A stretch of DNA of 63,738 bases, counting the filler, from Folioceros fuciformis (taxonomy: Eukaryota), in NCBI GenBank assembly GCA_049999805.1. It is 26 parts of 26 records of this genome, joined end to end, with 100 filler letters (N's around TTAATTAATTAA, not from the genome) between each part and the next. Parts side by side here need not be neighbours in the genome. Positions count along the whole stretch, not along the records: positions 48,276 to 49,598 come from JBNGIO010002794.1; positions 49,699 to 51,614 come from JBNGIO010002795.1; positions 51,715 to 54,028 come from JBNGIO010002796.1; positions 54,129 to 55,199 come from JBNGIO010002797.1; positions 55,300 to 56,305 come from JBNGIO010002798.1; positions 56,406 to 57,892 come from JBNGIO010002799.1; positions 57,993 to 59,343 come from JBNGIO010002800.1; 19 more parts are not named here. One strand, written 5' to 3'. Positions 48,276 through 59,343 of the stretch are shown here, piece by piece. Every line of letters begins with the position of its first letter. The first letter of the stretch is position 1. The notes beneath the pieces are model-generated. The model saw only the letters and a program-made list of their open reading frames with translations. It ran no database searches and was not told where the DNA came from. The translations under genes and the position numbers were made by a program.

Positions 48276-49598
48276 TTACTTATTATATAGAATTAAAACT
48301 ATATATACTAGCTTAGCTATTATAAGTATTCTATAAGCTTAATAGTACTTATTAAGATAGCTTTATTATTTATAATAGATCTTAGTATTATTATATTATA
48401 TAATTATAGTAATTAAATAGAGTTAACTATAATCTTATTTTTATAGTACTAAGTATATAGAAAGAAACTTACTCTATATTCTTAAGTACTAGACTTATAA
48501 CTATTACGTAAAAATAAGTATAGAAATTAGTAGAAGATAGTTAATTAAGTTATAACTAAGCTATAACTATCTATTATATATAAAGAGTATTAGAGCTATA
48601 TTAATCTAGCTTCTTATAGAGCTTTCTAAGCTAGTATAGAGATTATAAAGAAAGCTCTTTTATAATATACTTTCTAGATAAGCTTACTTTATAAGCTAAT
48701 CTATTATAAAGCTATATTTTTAGTAGTATTTTAATTAGTTTATTATTATTCGGCCTATTTAAGTTAGATTAGTAGTACTTAGAGTACCTTACTTAAAGTA
48801 CTTTAACTTAAATTAAAATAAGCTCTATAGATCTTACTTCTTCTATAATATAATACTATACCTACTCTTATATATATTACTAGTAGCTAATTAGCTATAC
48901 TCTATACTTCTTCTATCTACTCTTTATAAGCTTTAACTAATAGTAATTTATAGATAAAAGCTTAAAAATTTATTTATATTTACTATACTACTACTACTAC
49001 TACTACTTCTACTACTTCTACTACTATACCTACGCCTATACCTACTATTACTATAACTACTATATACTATACTACTACTAGAGCTTTAACTTCTTCTAGA
49101 AAATCTACGTATCTCTTAGTATATATAGTATATTAACCTTAGATAAGTAAAAAACCTCTATTAATAAAGAATATTTCTATAAAACTATTAGTTATTTCTA
49201 CTAATAGACTTTATATATTACTATTAGAAAGGCTTAAGCTTTTTACTATATTCTTTAGTAAGTATAACTTAGAGCTTTTACTTCTAAAGTCTTACTTACT
49301 TAAAACTATAATTTCTTCTTATTAAAGTTAACTAAAAGCTTTTTATACTAAGCTCTACTTAGACTATATAAATAGTATACTCTTAAAGTACTCTTTTAGA
49401 AAGTACTATAATTCTAGTACTAGAAAAGTATAGTATTAGTACTACTCTTTTAAGTACTTTTATATAAGAGTATAAGTAGCTTATTAATTATTATTTTCTA
49501 TATTATTACTAATTATATATTAGACTTAGAATTACTTATAGACTAGTATAAAAGCTTATTAGACTTCTATATAATAGAAAGAAATTTCTACTATATAT
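48276..49598. other. Extremely AT-rich, RIP-mutated repeat relic (probable ascomycete DNA)
   Basis: No CA or TG dinucleotide found by eye in 1323 bp; remaining C is nearly always in CT and G in AG; TA in excess; no ORFs. Confidence 0.85.
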
Positions 49599-49698
49599 NN
49601 NNNNNNNNNNNNNNNNNNNNNNNNNNNNNNNNNNNNNNNNNNTTAATTAATTAANNNNNNNNNNNNNNNNNNNNNNNNNNNNNNNNNNNNNNNNNNNN

Positions 49699-51614
49699 AG
49701 CTGAAATTTAGTCTGCCTCTTTTCAAGTTCTCTTAAAGTTCCAGCTAATGTTTTAGCAACATATGCTCTCATTGAATCCTCCTCCAACTTTACGCCATTG
49801 CACTCTTTAGCACACAATTTTTGCATTTAACGCACAACACACAATTTATCTTCTTCATCCTGTCCTTCCAAAGAAGTTGTCATGTTTAATGCACATGCAT
49901 CTTACCCATCCACCTTGCAACTGCAACTTGAATGAGATTGTTACCAAGCTCATTCCCGCCCTTGTTGCCAACTTGGACGACAATAAAATTCTTCTGTCCA
50001 TAAATCCACACCTTCTCTTGGCAAAAACAAAGCTTCCATTCCTAGAATGACATCAAAATTTCCAAATTTGATAATCAAGCACTTCATTTTTATGGTGATC
50101 TCCTCCTCAGTTCCGGGACTAAAGCACAATTGCAACTTTCCCCTTGTTTCTCCCATCATTGCTTCCAAACCCCCATTAGCCATTCTGATTCCCACTTGGT
50201 CTCCAGTATATCCCCTCTCCTCAACCCCATCACGTACGTCGTACCACAATGTATCAAAGTGGGCTGGGCTCTTGAATCAATCAAAACTTTTGCTAGTGTA
50301 AAGCCATCTATCAAGTCATGTTGGCTATTGTCTAGAAATGCAATTCTTAGCTTAACTTTCGCTCTTTGTTCAAAACTTCTCTTATCATTGTCCACACAGA
50401 CTGCTATAGTTTTTCTTAGCCCAACCATATCCTTAAGTTGAAAAGCAACTACTTCTTGTAAAAGTTCTTGAATTTTTACTTCAACTATTTCTCCTTTAAC
50501 ACACAACTCCAACAAATTTCTAACACAAAACATCAGATCCCGCTACATAGCCTCTACCTTTTACGTCCCTATTGATCCAGCATGCTTGTAGCCTTCTCCT
50601 TTACCCTCGCACTAAAGTTGTTCAGATCCACGCCCATAACTTCAAATGACTAAGGGTACTTTCATCCTGAGGCACATGTCCTTCCATGATCCTTGCCTTT
50701 TTCTTCAAATCTTGTATTGACTCTTTTCTGCATGTCCCCACATTCACTGCCTTCTCACCTTCCACTTCACACACAAAAGCATTCAACTAGAATTCTTTGT
50801 AAGCCTCCTCCTCCTCAATCTTCCCTTTCTTCTTTTCCACAATTTTAACCTCTTTGATCTTAACTCTGTTATTATAAATATTGGCAGCCTTCAATATATC
50901 TATTTCAACTTGTAGATATGATATGTGCAGTTCTAACATCTTGTGAGACTTTTTCATGTAACTATCCATCGACTCTTCACTTGTTCCCACCAACAAACTT
51001 CCTCTAGCTCTTTGCACTTGTCTAACATTTTTAATGTTATATGTCCTTTCTGACCAAATTTAGTAGGTCTAAGAGATAGATGTTTTTGCTAACAAACCCC
51101 TTCTTAATGCCCTTTCTTTCCACAATGGTTACAACTTACATCTTTTAACCATGCACTCTATCATTACATGTATACTGCTTCCAAATCTCAAACATTTGAT
51201 CTCTTTGCTTGATTCCACTTTCAAGATAGGCTTCATATATCTATTATCCATTCGTCTGGCATTTGCATGCTATTGCCAACCAGGTCTTCATCTTGGTGTT
51301 ACCGCAGAAAATGAACCTTCTTTTATCTACCCCAACTTTTCTACCCATAGCCTTCAACAATGCTCTTGCCTGCTCATGCCTTTCTATACTTGGAAAAACT
51401 TGTTTAAGCGTATATGTTTTTTTTCCATACAATGATATCAGCCCCCTAAAAACATCCTCCCTAATGTCCTCATCTAAATTACAAATGTATTTAAAGTACA
51501 CTTTCATCTCATTATGTATCCCCGTATCCAACACAATCTGACTAGTTCAATTGTAAAACGTAAGAGCCATCTCATCATGTTTTCTTTTCAGGTTTGCTAA
51601 CTCTTCTATCTTTA
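49699..51614 (-). mobile_element. Family G gag end, aspartic protease and pre-methyltransferase linker, degenerate
   Basis: 51614-50870 aligns with the gag at 14992-15729; KVLIDSRAQPTLI...IRMANGG...FDVILGME protease; 49945-49699 aligns with 59343-59089. Confidence 0.85.
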
Positions 51615-51714
51615 NNNNNNNNNNNNNNNNNNNNNNNNNNNNNNNNNNNNNNNNNNNNTTAATTAATTAANNNNNNNNNNNNNNNNNNNNNNNNNNNNNN
51701 NNNNNNNNNNNNNN

Positions 51715-52071
51715 TAATTCTGACCTAAACCTAACTCTGACCTAACCCTAACTTTGACCCAAACCTAGTTCTGACCTGATAGGGGTTGTGTCCCATGGAC
51801 ACCACTGGGTGCCCTTACCAAAATTGACCAACCTCTCAAGACTACCAAAATGGTCAATGCCTCTCAACCCTCTCCCTTCTCTCTCAAATCATTCCATCCC
51901 TTCTCTCAGATCATTCCAACAACCCTTCAAAGACACGTCTCGCCTCACCATTAATCTAGCTACTAATCTAACCTAATCTTTTAACCATTTCACCACAGGG
52001 TTCACTTAGAGATTCCCAAAAAGAGAAATCCTACCATTTTCCAAGGACCTATTCAGCATGTGGAGTCCACA
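51715..52071 (-). repeat. Terminus F copy, with ~17-bp CTGACCTAAACCTAACT repeats at 51715-51780
   Basis: Ends ...TTCAGCATGTGGAGTCCACA; homologous to the sequence from 14218. Confidence 0.8.
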
Positions 52072-53839
52072 GCTATGCATACCTGAGGATTGCGCGGAGC
52101 TGAAGCTTTCCTTATTGCATGATGCGCATGATGCACCAACAGCATGACACATGGGGATAGATAAAAGATATCAGCGCTTGAAGGAGCATGTATGGTGGCC
52201 AAGCATGCAGAAATAGTGCATCAAATATGTGCAGGAATGCTTACCTTGTCAGCAATCCAAAGCAATGAGAAGAGCACTAGCAGGCTTGCTCATGACATTA
52301 AAGGTGCCAGCAAAGAAGTGGGCCAGCATGGCTTGTGATTTTGTGACCTGCTTGCTGAGAACGCAGAAAGGGCATGATGCTTTGTGGGTGTGTGAAGATA
52401 GAGCTACCAAGCTCGCTCACTTTATTCCTATCAAGGGCACTATCGAAGCCAAACAACTCGTGCCTTTGTTCTTGAAGGAGATAGTTTGCCTACATGGTGT
52501 GCCACAAGAAATTGTGTCAAATAGAGATGCAAAGTTCCTCTCTCAATTTTGGAAGGACTTTTGTGCAAGCTTGGGCATGAAACAATGTTTGAGCTCAGCT
52601 TACCATCCTCTGTCTGATGGCGCCAGCGAGAGGCAAAACCAAACAATGGAGGATCTGCTGTGTCCTTACTGCCATGATCGTCAGAGCAATTGGGAAGAAG
52701 CACTGCCACTTGCTGAGTTTGCTTACAACTCAGCCCGTCACTCTGCAACTGGGTATTCGCCATTCAAGTTGACATATGGAAAGAATATTCCACCACCATG
52801 TATGTGGCCAGTGTTGTAGGGATAGCAAAGGTCCATCACTGAGCTGAATGAGAGCATGCGCCAAGATTTCCAAGAAGCTGCGCAAAGAATGGCAACAATC
52901 AATGATTAGAGAGCAAACTTGCCAATAAGAAACAAAGAGATGAGCAGCACGAAGTTGGCAACTAAGTGTGGTTAAGAGTGCGGCCGAACAGATATTCCAA
53001 GCTGCAAGAGGGCACAGCCAAGCTGTCCTACAGGCACGTAGGCCCATTTTGTGTCACAAGGAAAATCTCACCTGTAGCGTATCACAGCTTGAGTGCCTCA
53101 TAGCTGGTGCATTTGCAAGAGTTTCCACGTTTCCTTGCTAAAGAAGTTCGTGGTGCTGTCTCAACCCAACAATTTTTAGACAAACTGGCCCCAGGACAAA
53201 GAAGTGAGACTGTCAAGCTACCCGAGTTCCAGCAATTGGGCGAGTCACACACAACCTCCCAAGAGCTTGTAGTTGCAGAACAGAAGAAGGGGGAGGATGC
53301 GAGAGCTAGACACAAGCCAGCAAAACGCAGGAGTTTCAAAACTGGCGATAAGCTAATCTGCCAGCCAGTTGCTATTTTTGGATAGTAGAGAGAGGTAGTT
53401 GCATGGTCGAAGCATCAAGGAGTACCTCGTGAGTTGGTAGAGCGACCATGAAGAGCAATCCAGCTGGGAGACTCAGGCTTTCATCGATATGTTCTGACAT
53501 TTGAACAAGTTTGAAGAACGTGATGAAGAGCAATGTCTTCATAGTCCCGGTTATAGGGAAGGGGATGATGCTACGGCCAGCGATTATAGCAAGACAGCGA
53601 GCTGAAGAGCAGCTCAACGAGAAGGACTGGACACCTGATCAGCATCCAAATGGTGCTGTTGGCATACAGGAAATGGTCGTAGCAGAGTACGCGTAGGGCA
53701 TGCCTAGGACATAGCCGCTAGAGCTAAACAAAGGAGACAAGGTTAGAATTAGAGGTTAGACCGAGCAGGATCAAGCTGACACCAATCAGTTGCTAACCAA
53801 TCCAGTAGTTAAGTTAGCTCGGGTTAAAACACGGTCAGA
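52072..53839 (+). mobile_element. Chromovirus (Ty3/gypsy) 3' part: integrase, chromodomain, PPT, start of 3' LTR
   Basis: HDAHD...H...CLPCQQSK; IVSNRDAKF; SAYHPLSDGASER; VGPF module; KEYLVSW*SDHEEQSSWE chromodomain near 53420-53470; AGGGAAGGGGA PPT near 53555-53565. Confidence 0.88.
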
Positions 53840-54028
53840 TGTGGAGGCAAAACCCCGGGCACTGATTGCCAACGGGTGCCACCTTTAGTGGCCACACTTA
53901 TCCCACTGTCGTTGAGACATTGGGTTTCGTTCCCACGAAGGAGCGATGGGGTTCCTTGCTGCTGTGGATGGAGGGTCGGACTTGATCGACTCGATGATGG
54001 ATTCGAGGGCTCCCCTCTAGCTCCGATC
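53840..54028 (+). repeat. Terminus C copy
   Basis: Starts TGTGGAGGCAAAACCCCGGG. Confidence 0.9.
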
Positions 54029-54128
54029 NNNNNNNNNNNNNNNNNNNNNNNNNNNNNNNNNNNNNNNNNNNNTTAATTAATTAANNNNNNNNNNNNNNNN
54101 NNNNNNNNNNNNNNNNNNNNNNNNNNNN

Positions 54129-55153
54129 CTTGGGAGTTGGTTCAGTTGCCTAAGGGCAAGAAGGCGTTGCCATGCAAATGGGTGTATAAGATGAAGGACA
54201 TACCCCATTATGGCAAACCCAAGTACAAGGCATGATTGGTTGCTAAGGATTTTAAGCAACAGCAAGGTATTGACTTTGATGAGATTTTCTCATCAGTTGT
54301 CAAAATGGCCACCTTGCGATGTGTTCTTGGTCTGGTTGCAAGGAACGACATGGAACTTGTCCAGATGGATGTGAAGTCGGCATTTCTGCATAGTGATCTC
54401 CAGGAAGAGGTATACATGTAGCAACCAGAGGGTTTCATTGAGAAGGGCAAAGAGAATCTGGTGTGCAGGTTAAAGAAGAGCCTTTATGGTTTGAAGCAGG
54501 CACCCAGGGAGTGGTATTTCAAGTTCCACTCATTTATGCTTTCTCAAGGCTACAAGCGTAGCGATGAGGATCATTGCCTCTATACGAAGCAAGCTAAGGA
54601 TGGAAGCTTGCTCATTCTGGTCCTCTATGTGCATGATAAGCTAATTGCTGGGACTAACATTGATGAGATTTCAACGTTGAAGTCAAAATTGAATGGTCGC
54701 TTTGACATGACAGAGTTGGGAGAGACAAGCCATATTCTTGGCATGCGTATTTGTCGAGATAGACAGAAGCATTTGCTTCACTTGTCTCAGACTAAATTCA
54801 TTAACAAGGTGCTTCAACGTTTCAATATGAAGAAGGGGAAGGTATTGAGTACTCCGTTGTCTCCATATGTGAAACTTTTGAGCAAGGATTGCCCAATTTC
54901 TACGGAGGATAAACCTGAAATGGAGAAGGTTCCATACTCATGACCTGTAGGGAGTTTGATGTATGCAATGATTGTTACGCGTCTTGACATTGCGTTTGCA
55001 ATGGGAGTGGTTAGCAGGTTAATGTCAAACCCTGGCAGGAAGCATTGGGAGGCAGTGAAAGGAGTTATGAGGTACTTGAATGGTACAAAAGCTTTGTGCA
55101 TATGTTTTGGTAGTGAAGATGCATCTGTCGTGGGATATATGGATGCTGATTAT
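54129..55153 (+). mobile_element. Copia family B RT fragment
   Basis: QMDVKSAFLH, SLYGLKQAPREW and LVLYVHD motifs; several stops. Confidence 0.93.
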
Positions 55154-55199
55154 TGTGGAGGCAAAACCCCGGGCATTGATTGCCGACGGGTTCCACCTT
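55154..55199 (+). repeat. Terminus C copy (short)
   Basis: Starts TGTGGAGGCAAAACCCCGGG. Confidence 0.85.
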
Positions 55200-55299
55200 N
55201 NNNNNNNNNNNNNNNNNNNNNNNNNNNNNNNNNNNNNNNNNNNTTAATTAATTAANNNNNNNNNNNNNNNNNNNNNNNNNNNNNNNNNNNNNNNNNNNN

Positions 55300-56305
55300 A
55301 TATCCCTTGGCCACAAGCCTTGCCTTGTACCTGCTGACACTACCATCTGCGTTGTGTTTGACCTTGTACACCCATTTGCAACCTATTGGTTTCACACCTT
55401 CAGGTAGTTGTACTAGGTCCCATGTTGCATTCTGATCTAATGCATTCATTTCTTCATCCATGGCATGTTCCCACTTTGTGTCTCCAATAGCTTTTTCAAA
55501 GCTCCTCGGTTCCACATCTTGCACAACCTTTGCCATATAAGCACGGTGCCTAGCTACATAGCTATGATAGGTCAACCGCTGTATTGGAACCTTGTGCCTT
55601 CCAGATCTCCGTGGGATTGAACCACTTCCAGGGGTTGATTGAACCTCTTTCGCACCGGGTGTTTCGATTTTGGGTACACCGAATTCCTCATCCAAGCTCT
55701 GCTTAGAGTCGCTTGAATCATCTGCACTTGCACTCAGGTCTGGTGTCTTTGAATCCTGGACTTTTTCCTTCCCTTTGCGAGACACAGCTGTGGAGCTCGT
55801 AGGGCTCACACTACCTGGCAACCTGCCACTCCATGGATTCTGAACATTTGTCGAGTTTGATGACGCTTGTGGTCCACTCAACGCTTGTGATTGTTGACTT
55901 GCATTGCTTGTTACCTCAGTTTCATGCACATCAGCTACACCACTTGCTTGTACTTCAAAGTACCAGCTAGCCATTTCATCAAAGACTACGTCTCTGCTTA
56001 CTCTCATAGCTCGTGTACTGGGATTGTAGCATCTATATCCTTTCTGTGTAACAGAATACCCAATGAAGACACATTGTTCTGCTTTTGGATCAAGCTTAGT
56101 CCGTAATTCATCCAGAATATGGACATAAGCAATGTAACCAAATACCTTTAAGTGTGACAAGTCAGGTTTCTTCCCTGTGAACTTCTCCTTCGGTGTTATA
56201 TTGTGCACCACTACTATGGGAGTTCTATTCATGATGTACACTGCTGTGTTTACAGCTTTAGCCCAATAGTAGTGAGGCATCTTCTTCTCTGTCATCAATG
56301 CTCTC
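55300..56305 (-). mobile_element. Ty1/copia integrase C-terminus to RT start, open frame
   Basis: [36 protein letters not shown]...[11 protein letters not shown]. Confidence 0.95.
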
Positions 56306-56405
56306 NNNNNNNNNNNNNNNNNNNNNNNNNNNNNNNNNNNNNNNNNNNNTTAATTAATTAANNNNNNNNNNNNNNNNNNNNNNNNNNNNNNNNNNNNNNN
56401 NNNNN

Positions 56406-56711
56406 GTGTGTGAGGAAAGACGCAGATCTGAGAGGTTAGAGTCGTTGTAGTGACTGGAGTGAGTTTGTGGGCACCGAGAGAGGTGCAGCTGACCGCCGGA
56501 CAGCGAGGCCTGTCCTACGCCTGATCGGAGCTGGAGGGGAGCCCTCGAATCCGTCATCGAGTCGATCAAGTCCGACCCTCCATCCACAGCAGCAAGGAAC
56601 CCCATCGCTCCTTCGTGGGAACGAAACCCAATGTCTCAACGACAGTGGGATAAGTGTGGCCACTAAAGGTGGAACCCATCGGCAATCAGTGCCCGGGGTT
56701 TTGCCTCCACA
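56406..56711 (-). repeat. Terminus C copy
   Basis: Ends ...TTTTGCCTCCACA at 56711. Confidence 0.9.
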
Positions 56712-57892
56712 CAACCCTATTGACATGGGATCAGAGCTTGAGAACCAGATTGCCAAGAGTAGCCCAGAGCTAGAGAGCCCGGCGGCTACACCTGAGGGCG
56801 ATGCAAGATCGGCGTAGGAGGTGCTGCAAGAGGCAGCAAGAGTGCACACTAGGAGCTGGAGCAGCTACGAGAAGTTGGAGAAGCTTGGAGGGAGATCGGC
56901 AGCAAGCGTCCCGGCAACTAACTCTCATATCGGTGTGTGCAGGAAGTGAGGAGAAGGGTGACAAGGCCCTGTCAGCTTACTGGACGGGCTGTTGATCCCC
57001 GGAGCTCTATGGAAGGGCTGACAGGTGGAGGCAACAGCTGCAGTAGCCTCAGTAGCTGCAAGAAAGTGTGCTAACCTAGCTTGGCAGCAGGGAAGGAATT
57101 GACAGGAAATCTCACGGGAGCTTTGTGGGCAGATCGTCAAGAGTCTGTAAGGACATGGAGCATGAGACAATCTGGTTCATGTAAGGCAGCATGATTCCGC
57201 ACCAAATTGCTCTTAGGAAGAAGAGACTTAAGGTCTTGTGAGTAAAACTCCAGTCAGAAGCAGTCTCTTTCTTGCAGACATTTATCAGGTGTGAGTACTC
57301 AAGAAGGATTGAGTGTCAACCTTGAGTGGTGGCAAGAATGGCCAGGGATAGTATTAACCAGATCGTGCAAGAGAAGGTGGACAAAATCAACTTCCATGCT
57401 TGGAAGTTTCGTTTTACAAACTTTCTTGTGGGAAAGGGTTATTGGGACTACATTGAGGGGGAGCATGAAAAACCCCCTGTAGTACTTGAGCGGAATGCAA
57501 CAGCGCAGCAGATTAAGGTGCTGAAGGATTGGAGTCAAGGATCTCGGAAGGTCATGTATTGGCTGTCATGACAATCAACATTCATGACACCATGATTGGG
57601 CACAAACAGGATGTAGAGTCGCCCAAAGAAGCATGGGATGAGTTGGTCAAACTCTATGAGACCAACACGAAGGCAAGGAAACTACAGTTGAAGAATGACT
57701 TCAACACAATTATGAAAAAGAACTTATCAATCAATGAGTATGCGTTAAAGATCAAAGAGATGGTGGAATCCCTTGCGTCCATTGGTGTCAGTGTGGAAGA
57801 TGACGACAAGGTCGAAGTTTGCTTACGTGGGTTAACACCTGCCTATAAGCAGTTCAAGACTTCCATACAGACTCGGGAAAACATACCCAATT
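56712..57892 (+). mobile_element. Ty1/copia 5' end (LTR stub, degenerate PBS TGGGATCAGAGC, leader, gag), related to family A
   Basis: MARDSINQIVQEKVDKINFHAWKFRFTNFLVGKGYWD parallels the gag at 440-1501; frameshift near 57565. Confidence 0.88.
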
Positions 57893-57992
57893 NNNNNNNN
57901 NNNNNNNNNNNNNNNNNNNNNNNNNNNNNNNNNNNNTTAATTAATTAANNNNNNNNNNNNNNNNNNNNNNNNNNNNNNNNNNNNNNNNNNNN

Positions 57993-59343
57993 CCTTGTGC
58001 TTAAAATAACTTTCCACTTTCTCTTCCACTCCTGATAAAATTTTATAGACATCATAAGCCATGTGACTGTATTCAAATCCATATCTTGTCCGAGTTTTTT
58101 ATTCCTTTGCTCAAATGTTATACCCTCCACTTGAGTAGCATTTGTATCAAAACCCATCGCCCTCTCTCTCTCCATGGGAGATGGCACATCCCACACCTTC
58201 CTCTTCGTATCAAATATCATCCCAGGTCCTTCCCCTTTAAATGCATTGGTGCCCTCAAAACTTACAAATGTTGGCAACGCCCTCCTGAGTTCCCCCTTTT
58301 TATTTATACAATAAAAGGGCTGTCTATCATCTGAAGTCACCTGCCTACTCACTCGCCCCTCATCTAATATCTGATCAACTATTAAATCATCATCCCTTCG
58401 CCACTGCCTCAGAAGCATCTGCAACAAATGCCTAGGCATCATGTTATTCCAAAAACAGCCATGCATGTGAGCCCTAGATCCAAACTGCGCTGCATCCAAC
58501 TTTATAAGTTCACCCAAATAATACTTAATCTCCTCAAAATCTTGCCTCAACACTACTCTTCTATCCATTTGGGAATCCACATTCTCAATCAAAAAACCAC
58601 ATTCTTTCTTCTAATGGTTTTGCACCAAATTCAAAATCCTAATCAGCTCATAAAATAACACCGACCTATAATCCAACAAGCCTTTTCCCTTGCCTGCCAT
58701 TGAATGCCCTTGACATTCCCAGCCAGCTATTATCAGATCAACTTCTTCCTCCACTTGAAATTGTACCAATCCAATAAGCCTAACATCTTGCGGCCAAACA
58801 GAAAACGCTTGCTTCACAGCTTCAACCTTTAATTGCTCATGATACTTTTTGAATAATTTAAACACCCTTGCCTTCGCAATTGCCTGACAAACTTCATATG
58901 GATCACAATAAATGTAATGTCTGACCACATACCTAGCAACCAACACAGCCTCCAGACCAAATGCAATCCCAGCAAACAACTCAACCATAACCAATCCATA
59001 TTCAGACAAATTCAATGTCACAAGTTTATTACACACAGGTTCAAGTTTAAAAACTGCTTCCTTTGTACAAAGTTGAATTTTATCATCTAGTTGAAACTCA
59101 GTCTGTCGTTTTTCAAGCTCTCTAAAAATTTCAGCTAATGCTCTACCAACATTTTCTCTCATTGTGATCTCCTCCACTCTGTTATGACTATATTCCTTTA
59201 AACATAACTTATCCATATGACGCTCCACCCACAACTTATCATCTTCATCTTCTTCCTCCTGCTCATCCCAAGAAGTCGTCATGTTTACTACACACACATC
59301 TTGCATGTCCTCCTGTAATTGCAACTTAAGTGGAATTGTTGCT
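57993..59343 (-). pseudogene. DNMT3-like C5 cytosine DNA methyltransferase domain in the family G polyprotein; one in-frame TAG (58611-58613)
   Basis: One intronless frame with ordered motifs I VELFAGIA, II YCD, III QDVRLI, IV DLIIAGWECQGHSMAG, V GLLDYRSVLF, VI FLIENV, VIII LDAAQFGSRAH...FWNN, IX PMERERAMGF and X QRNKKLGQDMD. Confidence 0.9.

Noticed and set aside
51715-51780. Telomeric repeat
   Set aside because: The unit is about 17 bp (CTGACCTAAACCTAACT), not a CCCTAAA array, and it lies inside terminus F.
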